From Isurus oxyrinchus (taxonomy: Eukaryota), in NCBI GenBank assembly GCA_026770705.1, contig JANJGN010000038.1, forward strand, positions 12,710,001 to 12,774,000: a DNA stretch of 64,000 bases, given 5' to 3'. The position numbers and the translations under genes are program-made. Each line of letters begins with the position of its first letter. The first letter of the stretch is position 1. The notes below the pieces were generated by a model that was given only the letters and a program-made list of their open reading frames with translations, searched no databases and was not told the DNA's origin. This document shows, piece after piece, positions 1 through 13,155 of this stretch.

Positions 1-2985
1 CAATCTCCCGATTATCCCCAGTGCTACAGAACGGTTAGTGCAAGAGCAGCAAAATAATCCAGGTTTAATGTACGAATGACGAAACTGTTCAGAAGATGCT
101 TCAAAATATGGGGCCAATGGGACCATTTGAGAGGCTGTTCGGACCTGAAGAATGTGGACGTATTGCATACAAAGAGGACTGAAATCAATCCATCGCAGGA
201 ATATTAATCAAATCGTGGTGGAGGCTTTAAATGAGTATAGCAGAGAAGGCACATCCAACTCCACTACCCCACCACCACCACCCCCTACCCCCAACACCAC
301 CCACCCAACAGATGAAGAACTTGAGGGCAGAGAAAAGTTGCAGAGAGCGTAAAGAAACAAATTAGATTTAATTGAGGAACAGCTCCGAATTAGATAGGTT
401 GGTGCACGGAGAATTGCAAAACAATCCAAGATCACATTGTGCCCATGTGTGTTAATTCCTGGTAAATGTTAATTAACATCATTGGGCTGTAGGTACGAGA
501 GACCACGTAGCATTATGTTGTAACTGCAGTAACAGAGACCTAGGGGAAGTGAGGGAAGGCATGTCAATTTTGAAATCATGTCGACAACATTTTGAGGAAA
601 GATGAGGAAGGAAAAAAAAGGAGCGAAGGTGGAACATTTATGTAATATACTTTTTAAGCATTAGAAAGTGTTGGTGTACTTGAGAGTTCGAACACGGAAT
701 TTGTTTCAGTAGAACTGATGAATAGCAGAAACATTATTAGGTGCTAGGTGTATAAAATGGACCACAACATAGTGGGGAGGAAATGGAGGAGCAAAACTAC
801 AGGAACATCACAGAAATTTGCGAGAAATTCAGCGTATTGGCGATAGGGGGCATCATTTATTATACGAGGCTGAATGAAACTGTATCAAACAAAAAGACAT
901 GGAGTAACTCGTGCAATGTGGATAAGATAGTTCTCATGGTCTCTGTGTTTTACCCCCAATCAAGGAAGGAAGCAGTCGTATCTAGTTCTAAGGAATTATG
1001 TGAGGCATGTAGCAGACGGAGATAATATGGAAAATAATGATAATATCATTATGTTTAAAGTACATATGGATTTGTAGAAGAACTAATCATATGTGAAAAT
1101 ATTCAACGGAAGTGGCGTTAATTTTGGTGAATGGAAAGGTGACGTGCTCCAGATGGATTGACGTGAAAGACTAAGCAAATCACTAAATGAACAAGAGGAG
1201 GCTCTCTGAGTGGCGATAGTTTATTTTCATAAAGCAGACAAAGGGAATGATAAGAGATCATGTAAAAAGTGGCAAAGAGCATTTGGCAATAGATTATCAG
1301 GTAATGGAAAGGTGAGTCTAAACCTCTGTTCTAAACATGTAAAGAGAAAACATGTAGCCAAAATAAGGCTGAGTCAATTAGAAAGCGAAAGTTAACTTTA
1401 TTCTGGAGGTAGAGGGAGTACGACGTAGGGACTAAGTTAATACTTTGCAAAAGTCTTCAGGGAAGAAATTAACGCTGGAAATGTCACAGTCAGAAGGTGG
1501 CACTGGAAAGAAAATAAAAACAGAGGGGAGAAGCACAGATGCAAGGGAAGAAGTTAATGTTCTGCCAGTGCACAAGGTGAAAAATTCACCCAGTTGGATG
1601 GGATGCATCAGAAACGGATTAGTGAAGTAAGCATTACAATTGCAGATAGTCTGGACACGACGTTGCAGTTCTGCTTTGATATGGGCCTAGTTACAGGAGA
1701 ATGGAAGCTTATCAATAACGTACCCTGTCCAAAAAAAGATAACATTATGCAATTGAACTACACGTCAGCTCCCCTCGCGCCAGAGGTGGGGAATATTCCA
1801 GGAACCACAGATCAGTCTTGTCTCCAGTTCTCAGCACTAACCTTCAGGATGAAAAGGCTTAGCGACAGAAGCAATGAGAATTACTGGTATGGGACCAGGA
1901 ATAAAACATTCAGTTATGTGTTGGCACTGGAAAACCTAGTATGTTGGAATAGAAACGATTATGAGTAGATTTTAGTAAATAATGGAAAGTGCTTCCAGCA
2001 CAAGAATTGCCAGCTATTTGTCTCTGGGAGGGGGGCCTCTGAATTGGGATGTACTTTATCTGCTATGCTTGTCAAGGGTTTGAGAAGACGGAATAGAAAG
2101 CCATACACCTCAATTTGCTGACAATGATAATTTAAGCAGCACAGCAAAGAGTAGAAAGTCGCAAGTGGTCTTCCTAAAATTAAATCAATGCGGGATTGGG
2201 GTAGGCTCTGCACAACGATATGTAAAGTTCCCTATGGAAACGTGAGGTCATCTAGTCTGAAATTAAGGAAGATAGACGATTGTTATTTTCTAACAATGAG
2301 ACGATAAAAACTGTAGAACATCTCGAATAATTAGCTTTCCAACTACGGAAATCCTTAAAGTTAGTGGGAAAGGAAAACAAATAATTAAAGAAGCAAATGG
2401 ATAGTTGGCTTTAACCCTGGGCATGGGGTAGTTGGAATCCAAAGGGGTAGATACCTTGTCTCAGTTGTACAAAGCTCTCGTTACTTTGTTCACTTCTGCG
2501 AAGCCCACATCAGGAAGTGCTTGCAGGGATGGAACAGAGATTCACCAGAACAACACCGGTCACAAAATGGTTAAAATTATGCCTGCATGATCTTCACCTT
2601 CGGATTGTGTTGCCTGGACGATTACAGGGTGATCTAATTGAGTTACTTAAATAATTACTTGATATGGCTGTTAATATAGTAATAAACTAAAAACAAAAAT
2701 CTACCATATGACAACAACACGAAAAAAACCTTAAAAGTAGAGTTTGGTATTTCAGGGACGAATCGAGGGAACACTTCTTTACACATTGGCTGGATGACAT
2801 CTAAGACTCTCCCCTCAGCCCAAAAGGAAATTAAATGTGGAGGTTGGATGCCAATTTAAATGCTTACAACTGCGTTTGACAGAGTTTTGTTAGTTAGGCA
2901 TATTAATAATCCTGAAGGTAAGATGTGCTTAATTCGCTAAAGCACAGATCAGCCACAATCTGAATGAATGAAGGAGGATGGTGAG
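1..2985 (+). mobile_element. Old degenerate CR1-type LINE (end of ORF1, endonuclease and RT remnants)
   Basis: Paralogous to 16878-19800. Endonuclease-like LGVYYGPQHSG (GVYYRPP consensus) is readable in the paralog; 3' end CAGATCAGCCAC..CTGAATGAATG. Confidence 0.75.
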
Positions 2986-3962
2986 CGCCACAAACTTCCC
3001 TTTGTCTTCTTCTTGACATAATATTTACTCTTCGGTTTAATCCTAACCTTAACAGTTGTCATTTGCTAAAATTGAAGCCCAGATCTATAGTTTATTTTTC
3101 TATGATTGTGGATTTTTGGGCCAACCGACCTTCATCTTGTATCATTTGCTGATCAATTTAAAAGCTAACATTTTCTCCATTCCTTCCGTCAATCCCCTTC
3201 TCACCTATTAACAATGCTCCTGTTTGGTAGTCTTCCATAGTAAATGTTTGTTTTCATCTCTCCAACGGACACATCACCTCCTATTCTTCCCTAGTCACTG
3301 CTTTCTTCGTGTCTCCACAATGATCCATTTCCCATCATTTCATAGGGTACGCTTTCCTAATCATTTCACAGTGATTAACCTTACATCCTTGTGAGCTAGT
3401 GCTTTCCTCAACCCGCACTGTTTTCCACCTCCTAGCAATCATAATAAATGATTTTCCATTCGATTCACGTTGATCCATCTCCCATCAATCTGCAATCAAT
3501 AATTTCTTCATCTCTTTACAGTGATCCATGTTTGCATGAAAATGCTTTGCTTGTGCGCTCTGCTTTCTCTCAGAGAAAACTTCTCGTGACTTCAAAAACC
3601 TCATGGTCAATGCTTCAAGGGATTTGCCATCACATCACCAACTGGTTCAGGTCATTACCTAAAGATCCAGAATCTAGAAACAATGCATCTTTTTTTTCAT
3701 CATTGACATATTCTTCTGCTTAATGTGGCAATAATATTACTATGCATTAAGCCTTCTCCCCAATCTTCAAAATAGGGAGGCTTACAAAATATATAGATGG
3801 AAATTACTAATGAAACTCAACCTAACGCTGTGGGATAGGTTTAAATTATGCAAATATTGAAATGTTTAGTTCTTCATCTGTATCTTTGCTATATCTCGGT
3901 AAGAAATTCAACTGTTGAATAAATTTACACATTTTCCCGATACTACTGCGAGCCATCTTGAC

Positions 3963-4121
3963 CTTAAGGCCTGTCACATATGAGCTGTATATCGTACTTA
4001 GAATGAACAAAGTGACGAAAGTGACTACTGTTGATGCCGTGCCTAAATACTCGTCGAAGTTTTTTTAATCCGTCTTCCTCTACCAATTGGTCTTCCAGAC
4101 CTTCCATTATTTGAGGGAGTT
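3963..4121 (-). pseudogene. Duplicated TM1 exon (TM1'), +1 frameshift as assembled
   Basis: 159 nt versus 158 nt. By manual alignment to 22476-22633: 13 substitutions plus one extra base in the T7 run at 4060-4066. Acceptor intact; donor GTCAAG instead of GTAAAG. Confidence 0.9.
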
Positions 4122-4579
4122 CTAGAATAAATAAATGGAGTGTGTTATAAATGAGATCAGGTTGAATATAGACCAGATATAACACAAAGGCGGCAGCTGG
4201 CAGGGGTATGCTGCATTGGAAGTCAACGTAAAGGAACATGAAAATACCTTAAGTCGATTAATGTAATTTTCCAAAAACATGGGTATGATTGTTGGGTGGT
4301 GACATTGGGTGTCATACAGGGTACCTAGGTCATAGGAGTGATTTTAAATGATAATGTGTGCATCATTTGCACGTTTCCGTGAAAAATGATCAATCCCATG
4401 TGATTGAAGTTTAGTTTTTCTCCTTTAGCAGCCGATAACACCAAAATAATCAAAAATCTATTCAGAAGGTTCACTCGGCCCCTATCTGAATAGAAGGGTG
4501 GACTCAGGCTCGAATCACTTGCAGTTCACAGGCTAAATAACCTAACAGATCATCAGGAAAATGGGGCGGAGTCACAGAA

Positions 4580-5900
4580 GAATTTAGGAGGTCTTGTCAG
4601 TAGCAGAACCAGGCACACCAGAAAAAGAGGTGTCAACCTGGGGGAGCTATAACACAGGACTGCTTGCATGCCAAACAGCATAATCAGTAAGTGATAGGCA
4701 GAGCTAAGCGATCCCGCAACCAATGGATCAGTTCTGCCACATGCAGTTGTGAATCACGGTGGACAATTAAACAACTCACTGAAGGAGGAGGCTACAAAAA
4801 CATTCCCATCCTCAATGATGGAGGAGCCCAGCACATCAGTGCAATAGATACTGCTGGAGCATTTGCTGCAATCATCAACCAGAGTTGCCCAGTGGATGAG
4901 CCACCTTGGACTCATCTGTACGTCCCCAGAATCACAGATGCCAGTCTTCAGCCAATTCGATTCACTCCACGTGATCTCAAGAAAAGGCTGAAGGCATAGA
5001 ATTGTACAAATGCGACGGTCCAGGAAAATATTCTGTCAATGATACTGATGACTCGTACTCCAAAACTTGCCAGGCCACTAGCAAAGCTATGTGCTAGTTC
5101 ATCTACAACACTGGGTTGCTCAGGATAGTGACCTCGGCCCAACCACCTTCAGCTGCTTCATCAATGACCTTCCTTTCATCATAAGGTCAGAGGTGGGGGT
5201 GTTTGCTGATGATTCCACAATGTAAATACACAATTCGCGACTCCTCTGATGCTGAAGCAGTTCGTGTCCAAATGCAGCAAGACCTGTACCGTAACCTGTT
5301 TTGGACTGACAAGTAGCAATTAACAATCGTGCTACTCAAATGACAAGCTATGTCCCTCTGCAACAAGGGAGAATCTAGCCACCAATCATTACCAATGACA
5401 TTACTATCGCAGAATCCCCCGGTATCAACATCCTGGGGGTTAACATTCACCCGAAATTGAACTGGCATATAAATACTTTGACTACAAGATCAGGCCACAG
5501 GCTAGGAATCCTGGGACGAGAATCTCACCTCCTGACTCCGCAAAGTCTGTCCACCAATCTACAAAGCACAACTCAGGAGTGCCATTGGATACTCTCCACT
5601 TGCCTGCATGTGTGCAGCTCTCACAGCACTCAAGAAGCTGGAGAACATCCAGGCAAACCCGCCCACTTGATTGGCATCACATGTGCGAACATGTACCCCC
5701 TACAGCACAGTAGCATCTGTGTGCATCATCTACTAGATGCACTGCAGGAATGCAACAGGACTCCTTCGACAGCACCTTCCAAGCACATAGGCTGTGGGTC
5801 CACCTACACCACATGGCTGCAAAGCCGCTCACCAGCTCAAGGGCTATTAGGAATGGACAATAAATGCTGGCCAAGCCAGCGAAACCCACATCCTGTGACT
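4580..5900 (+). mobile_element. 5'-truncated LINE of a second family (L2/Crack-like; clade uncertain)
   Basis: RT motif GVFADD at about 5197-5214; 3' end AATAAATGCTGGCCAAGCCAGCGAAACCCACATCC shared with other copies in the window. Confidence 0.75.
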
Positions 5901-6079
5901 GAAAAGTATATGCCAGGGAATCCACTGTCTCTGGCACTTTTAGACGCCCAAGTTAAATGCCATCACGCCCTGGGAACTTGGCGGATTTCCGTTTTTTTTG
6001 TCTTCAGTAATTTTTCTGTTGATATAAATTACCTTAATTTATTCACTCTTATAAGCACTTATGTTAACTTATATTCCTG

Positions 6080-7200
6080 GTGAGCATCTTGTAATTTCCA
6101 TTGTGAAGGTACTCACCACCTCTCTGTGCAATTTCCCTGCCATCTCGTCATTCCCGGTAACAATTTCCCCTGACACTAGTAAGTGTTTACTTCAGTTACA
6201 TTCATTTTTTAACTAGTGAAAGTTTTTACAATCTGTTTTATGCTCCTGTCTAGTGTGCTCTGCAATTGAATGCTTTCCCCCCTTTTTAACAACTTTTGGC
6301 TGATCCTTTCATTCTTTGTAATACAATCTTAATCCTCAGTCTTGCTCCCACTCTTTGCAACATTATACGTTTTTCTTTTTAATCTGATACCATCTTTACT
6401 TCCTGAGTAATACTCGGATGTGATTTTTCTTGTTGAGTTTTTGGTTTTACAATCGAATGAATTTTGTCCAAAAATATGAATTGTTCCTTGAAATTGTTCC
6501 CACTGTTTATTTACTACCATAACTGTAATTCGTTTACCCCAACCACACTTACTCAGTCCTCTCCTCATTCCTAAATAATTGGTTTTATTTAAATTGAATG
6601 TTATTGTTTGGTAGAATATGTCGCTCTCAAGCTTAACGTGGAAGTTAAATGCATAACGATCAGCAGCTCCCAGTGGATCTTTAATAATGTCCCATTTTCC
6701 GCGAAGCATTGTTCCAAGAAATAATCATCTTCTTGACGACCCTTGTCAATTTGTTATGCCTTATTTTTATGAGGATTAAAATTCCCCAGTTTTATTAAAT
6801 AGCCTTTGTGACAGGTTCCAATAATTTCTTGTTTAATGCTCTTTGCAACTGTTAGGTTCTCCTAGTGGATGTATAACCTACTCCCACCAGGGTTTACTGA
6901 CTCTCTTTGTCCAAAATATTCACCTAACCAGATTCCACTGCATCATCTTCTGATCCAAGGCCCTTGCTCACAAAGGTCCTTATGCCATCATTTACTATCA
7001 GGACCGCTTGGCAATTCAGTCTGCATTTGAAACATATTGCGTAGCCTGGAATACTTATACTACAACCTTAGTCACCGTGCAGCTCTGTTTCTGTATTGAC
7101 GAATAGCTGTTAGTTGTTTATCTCGATTTGTGACAATAGTTCATCGACTTATCGTTTGTGAGTGTATTTCTGTATCCTGACAAGGATAATTTAGTTTAAT
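6080..7200 (-). mobile_element. Degenerate CR1-type LINE, endonuclease region
   Basis: ORF 6329-6709 (FNLNKTNYLGMRRGLSKCGW) resembles CR1 ORF2 just after the endonuclease. Confidence 0.55.
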
Positions 7201-8559
7201 TTCGGCGACTATTGCCTGAATGTTATTTTTTCACTTTCTGATGCAGGATTACTGTTCAACTCTTTGCACCTTCCTGATCTGCTCTGCTGGTTTTTAGTTT
7301 GTTCCATTGCCTTGACTTTTATCTTCATATTTCTATACCTCCCTTCACACAGACTCTGCTCCCACCCTACATTTGACGAAGTAACAGAAACCCTAGTTAT
7401 ACAGTTCACCATGACACTGCCAACAGCCATGTTTCAGCACAGCCTGTGCCAATTGAACAATCCTATCTTTAATGGGTGCTTGTGCCGCTTCCCCATGAAT
7501 GCCGTCTTTCTGCTCATTCAAGTAGGCCACAAGCACATCTGTCTCTTGGGCAAATTCAAGGGCTCTGAACTCACCATCAGTATCTACAGCATACTGATCC
7601 CTGCCTATCTCACAGTCATAATCCGCTGTCTCTGGTAATTGCAAGACTCTAACTTTCTACTTGGCCTAAAGGGCTGAGAGAGGTTCCTGGAACACAATGT
7701 CTGGATAGCGATCCCCCTCCCAGACGCTACACAAAGTCTGGGTCTCTGGCTTCTGCTTGCGGTCGAATGCCTTTAAGGAGCCTATCTATAACTACTGTAC
7801 ACTATCAGAGAGTTTGCGATGTACATGCTCAATTAATCATCACGCTGAAGATATGAGCAGCTCGAGGGACAGGACCTGTCAGCGCACTTGCAGAGATTGG
7901 TGCATGTGGTTTCACCCCATGAAATAAAAGAGCCCACATAATTGTGTTACCAATCTTCTTGGTTGTGGTATCTGTGTGTCGCAGAAACCAAAACATTGCT
8001 CAATAGATCAGAGGCGAAATCTCTTGCCACAGATTTAGTTTTTTGGGATTGCAATCATTCCACAGATTCTGATGTTTTTGAATTAAAGCACGCCAGTATG
8101 ACTGTCATGGCTGAATAATCTTATTTAATGAACAAATCAATTATATACTAATTGATACAGCTAAACTAGTAGCAAGTTATCCCCCATAGATTTTTGGCAG
8201 AAAAAAACCTACCTGCTACTGAAGGCCCCAGAATGGTACAAAAAGTGCATCTCCTTCTTCCTTTGCACCGATTTCCCACTTAAACCAAATTCCCAAATTG
8301 GCTTTTGTTCCTCGTCGCAGGCAAGCCTTGTCATCTCACTTTGTCATCTCACACTGTATAATTCTCTCGAGAGAGCAGATGGCGCAAACCAAGATGCAAC
8401 TGCTAAGTCAGCTGTCTGCTCCAGTAAATAACATCTATTCAGGTAGCAACTTTCAGTTGGCTGACTGATAACTGAAAGTGACATAGGCGTTTCTGTTAAC
8501 TATGCCTGTTAACAAGCACACCTAAGTTTCATATCAGAGAGTGACTGCTAATCTGAATT

Positions 8560-10730
8560 CTATCTTGAGAAACACTTAGCGGAGATATTCCTGTTGTATG
8601 GCACCTACCACCGTGCTCTTTGGGATTGATTTCCAACACATCTTGAAACTTCAAACTGGGCGTCATGAGGCAATGTGGACCATCAGCAGCAGTGGAATTC
8701 TATTCAACCGCAATGTATAATCTCGAGGCCCTGCAAATAGCCCACTGCACCACTACCGTCAAATCAGTGGATCCACTCTGGTTTAATGAAGAGTGGAGGA
8801 GGGCATGAGTTGGGCAGAATCAGGCAGGCCTAATGTAGAGGTGTCAACATGGCGAAGGGAGAACACAAGATACTTGATTGCCAAAGAGCAGAAACAGCAT
8901 GCAAGCGAGAGAGGTAAGGGATCCCACAACCAACGTATCATATTGAAGGTCTGCAGTCCAGCCACATCCAGTCATAAAAGTGCTTAGATAAGGCAACAAC
9001 TAACAAGACGATGAGAATTCATGAATATCCTCATCACCAATAATCGGTGGGCCCAAATCATAAGTGCAAAATACAATGCTGAATAATTTGCAAACATATT
9101 CAGCTAGAAATGCCCAGTGGATGCCCAATTTCCCTGCTCTTGAGCTCAGCATCATCAGAAGAGCCAGTTTTCAGCCAAATGGATTCACGCTACTTCGTGA
9201 AGAATCTGCAGAAGGCGCTCGAAAATGCAAAAGGTTTCGGGCCCTGACAACATTCCAACAATCGTGCTGAAATCTTTTCCTGCTTAATAAGCTGTACACT
9301 TAGCCAAGCTGTTCCAGTGTATTTGGAACAGTGACATTTACCCTGCAAAGTAGAACATTGCCCTATTTTAGAGTGTGCACAAAAAGAAGGGACAAAACCA
9401 ACACAGCCAGTTTTACCACGCCATCAGTTTACTCTTGGTTATCAACAATTTTATGGGAGGTGCTTTCAACAGTGTAATACAGAGGTGCTCGCTGACGCTC
9501 AGTTTGGGGTACATCATCGCTACTCAGCTCTGAACGCCATTGCAGTCTTGATCCAAATATGAACCAGAATTGAACTCAAGAGGTGAGAATGACTGCTGTG
9601 ACGTCAGGGCATCATTTGACAGGGTGTGCCATTAAGGAGCCTAAAATAACTGTCGTCAATGGGAAAATGGTGAGACTCATACTTAGCAAAAAAGATCATT
9701 GTCATTTCTCAAGGTCAGTCATCTTGGTCCTAGGATATTCCTGCAGGAGTTCCTCGGGGTAGTGTCCTCGGACCAAAAATCTTCCCATGGTTCATCAATG
9801 ACCTTCCTTCCGTCATAAGGTCAGAAGTGGGGATGTTAGTGATGATTGTACAAGGTTCAACATGAATATCCGCACCATAGATACTGGAGCAGCTCGTGGC
9901 TTTGGGCAGCAAGAATAAGACAAAATCTACACTTGGGCTGATAAGTTGAAACTAACATTCGTTCGATACCATTATCAGGCAATGGTCATCTCCAGCATGA
10001 AAGAATCTGATCATTTCTATCTGACAATCAATGACATGACTATCACTGATTCCCCCCAATATCAACATTGTGGGGATTACTATTGGACAGAACCTGAACT
10101 GTACCTTCCAGGTGAATAATGTGGCGAAAAGAGCAGTTCACAGACTAGGAACTCTGCAGTGAAAAGCTCACCTCATTACCCCCCAGGAACTGTCCACGAT
10201 CTACAAAGCACAAGGCAAGAGTGTGATGTAATATTGTCCACTTGCCCAGATAGATGCAGCTCCAACAGCACTCAGGAAACGCAGCAATATCCAGGAAATG
10301 GTGCCCCCTTCAATGGCACCTTATCCACCGCCTTAAACATTAAGGCCCTCAGTCAGAGACAGATAGTGACCACAGTATGTACCACACAAAATGAACTTCA
10401 GCAACTCACAAAGCCTCCATCGACAGCACGATGCAATCACGTGACCTCTACCACGTTGAAGGACAAAGGTTGTAGATGAAATGGAACACCACCGACTGCA
10501 AGTTCCCCTCCAAACCACACGCCACCCTGACTTGGAAATATGTTGCCGTGCTATCAATGGTGCTGGCCCAAAGCCCTCTAACCGCCTTCCTGACATAAAT
10601 GTTTTTACACGTAAACCATGTGGGCAACAGCATTTCATTAAGGCGGCGCATCACCACCTTTCAAGGGCAATTAGGGATGGTCAATAATAACTGGTGTAAC
10701 CAGAGGCACCAACTTGCCATTAATAAATCA
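8560..10730 (+). mobile_element. LINE of the second family, longer degenerate copy
   Basis: Homologous to 4580-5900 (TCATCAATGACCTTCCTTCC.TCATAAGGTCAGA); GVPRGSVLGP RT motif at about 9746-9775; same 3' tail. Confidence 0.8.
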
Positions 10731-11749
10731 ATAATTCCCAGCTGCTCCAAGTTCGGGACTTAGCTCTTGTTCCTTGTTGCACAACCGCCTATTCATCTCA
10801 AGCCGTGTTCCCACAGAATGCTGTTAAAAAATCTAAATGTATTGAATTATAACCCTCACTTTAGTAAATTGCTGACTGTTAATTCAACAAAATAATTATC
10901 AGAACATAGCTGCTAAGAATACTCAATCAATAAGAATATATGTGGACTGTGTTTAAGCATCTGAAATGCTGTAGAATAATTGGACGTAATAAATTTTCCG
11001 GATTATTTCCCAAGTTCTCTTTATCCACCCAAGCCTATGTTGCTCTAGTCAATTAAGTAGCTGCAATAATAAATGGGGGTTAATAAGCTCATTGTTCCAT
11101 CGAATTGCATCTTTCGTTATTTCTATTTTTGATGTGTTAGAATTAATGATTTTTGCGGGTGAGTTTCATTAACCTAATAAATGGTGCAAACGGAAACTTG
11201 AACAAAGTGCATAAGCAAAACAATCGTTAGAAATAAAGGCGGGACACTCAGATTTTTTTTAAGAAAAACAACGGTGAATTTTAGAATCACACAGCTTATT
11301 TTATTATATTCCAAACCTTTGCATATACAGAGTATAAAATAGTGACTAAATAATAACATCATAGCAACAATTTAAACAAAGATGAATATTAAATGTATTG
11401 TTGAGAACATGCAATCTCCACATGACTAGCAACGGGCATAAGTTCCCAACGTTTCTAACATTTCATTTAGACAAATCACTGCAAAGATTGCAATTACAGA
11501 TAAAGTCAACAAGGGATCTTGAGCCAATGCAGAACAACGAGGTAAAGGTGCTCATCAGCCATGATCTAAATGAATGCAAAAAAACCATATCCGTATATAT
11601 TTTAATTGTCACTCAACTTACGTCTTAATTGTTGAGAACATCAAATATCAGTGTTTGTATCTGAAATTGTATAATGGAGAGAATTCACCTTCTAAATTTG
11701 GGCAACGATGTTTCATGGAAAGGGCTGTGGAATTGCAAGCTTTACACCC

Positions 11750-13155
11750 ATGTTCAAAAAAGGTTGTAAGAATAAGCCCACAAATTACAGACCAGTCAGC
11801 CTAACTTCAGTGGTGGGCAAGATTCTAGAGAAAAAATTATTACGGATAGAATTAGCAGTCACATACAAAAATAATGATTCATAAGTAAGAGCCAGCATGG
11901 ATTTCTCAGGGGGAAATCGTGTTTAAAGAACTTGCTGGAGTTATTTGAAGAGGCAACAGAAAAGGTCAATGAGGGTAATGCTGTTGATGTGGTGTACATG
12001 GACTTTCAAAAGGCATTTGATACAGTGCCAAACAACAGATCTGTGAGAAATGTCATTGCTAATGGAATAAAAGGGACAGTAACAACTTTGATCCAAAGTT
12101 ATGTGAAAAAAATAGGAGGCAGAGACTAATGGTCAATGGATATTTTGGTGGCTGGAGGGAGGTTTGCAGTGGAGTTCCCCAGGGGTCGGCATTGGTACGT
12201 TTGCTTGTCCTGACATATATTAGCGATCTAAATCTTGGTGTGCAGGGGAGAATTTGAACGCTTGCAGATGATACTCAGCTTCGGAGTGTTGCAAACAGCG
12301 AGGGGGACAGTGCAGAACTTCAAGAGGAGATAGTCAAGTTGATGAACTGTGGAGGTAGGTGATGAAATTTAACACAGAAAAGTGTGAAATGTATTTTATA
12401 GGATGAACATTTAAAGGCAGTATAAAATAAGGGATAAATTTTAAAGAGGATGCAGGAGCAGAAAGACCTGGGGTGTATATGTGCATAGATAGTTGAATGT
12501 GGCAGGACAGGTGGAGAGAGCAGTTAATAAAGCAGATCGTACACTGGGCTTTGTTAATAGGGGCATAATGTACAGGTTAGCTGATTTTGTATACGGCACT
12601 CACTAGGCCTCAGCTGGTGTATTGTGTACAGTTCTGGGCGATAAATTATAGGAAGGGTGTGAACTCATTGGAGACAGAGCAGAGGAGTTTTAAAAGAATT
12701 GATGAGAATCTTCAGCTATATGGATAGATTAAAGAGGTTGGGACCGTTTTCCTTGGAGAGATGAAGGCTAAGAGGGGATTTGATAGAGATGTTCAAAATC
12801 ACAACAAAACTGAATAGATTAGGTAAAGAGTAGCTTTTGCCGCCGTTAAAGGATAAAGAACGAGAGGACACAGACTTAAAGTGATTTGCAAATGAAGCAA
12901 ATGCGACGTGAGAGAAAACACTTTCACAAAACAATGGTTCGGGTCTGGAAGTTGCTGCCTGGGAGTATTGTGGAGGCAGGTTCAGTGGAGGTTCAAGAGA
13001 GCATCGGATATTTATTTGAATAGAAACAATAGGCAGGGGTACAGGGAAGAGGCAGGACAATGACACTAGTTCGTTATGCTCATTTGGGGATCCGGTGCAG
13101 GCACGATGGGCCGAATGGCCTCCTTCTGTGCCATTATGATTTTGTGATTCAGTGA
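11750..13155 (+). mobile_element. CR1-type LINE 3' portion (RT)
   Basis: ORF 11932-12129 reads VDVVYMDFQKAFDTVP; 3' end GGGCCGAATGGCCTCCTTCTGTG. Confidence 0.9.

Larger units (their letters stand above)
1..4576. repeat. Segmental duplication, copy A (continues beyond the left window edge)
   Basis: Collinear with 16878-23058 at roughly 90% identity by eye. Both copies end at GGGCGGAGTCACA. Lacks the CR1 insert present in copy B. Confidence 0.95.

Noticed and set aside
4573-4600. CACA at the duplication breakpoint as a cryptic RSS (RAG-mediated germline event)
   Set aside because: Neither copy has a credible heptamer plus nonamer at 12 or 23 spacing; the adjacent LINE is a simpler explanation.
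5457-6083. 208-aa plus-strand ORF
   Set aside because: Lies in a degenerate LINE 3' region and shifts out of the RT-related frame; not a host gene.
7209-8500. Short ORFs (7264-7638 +, 7393-7644 -) as a possible host gene
   Set aside because: They sit directly 5' of a minus-strand LINE endonuclease remnant, so are most likely decayed ORF1/UTR; no recognisable domain or splice structure.
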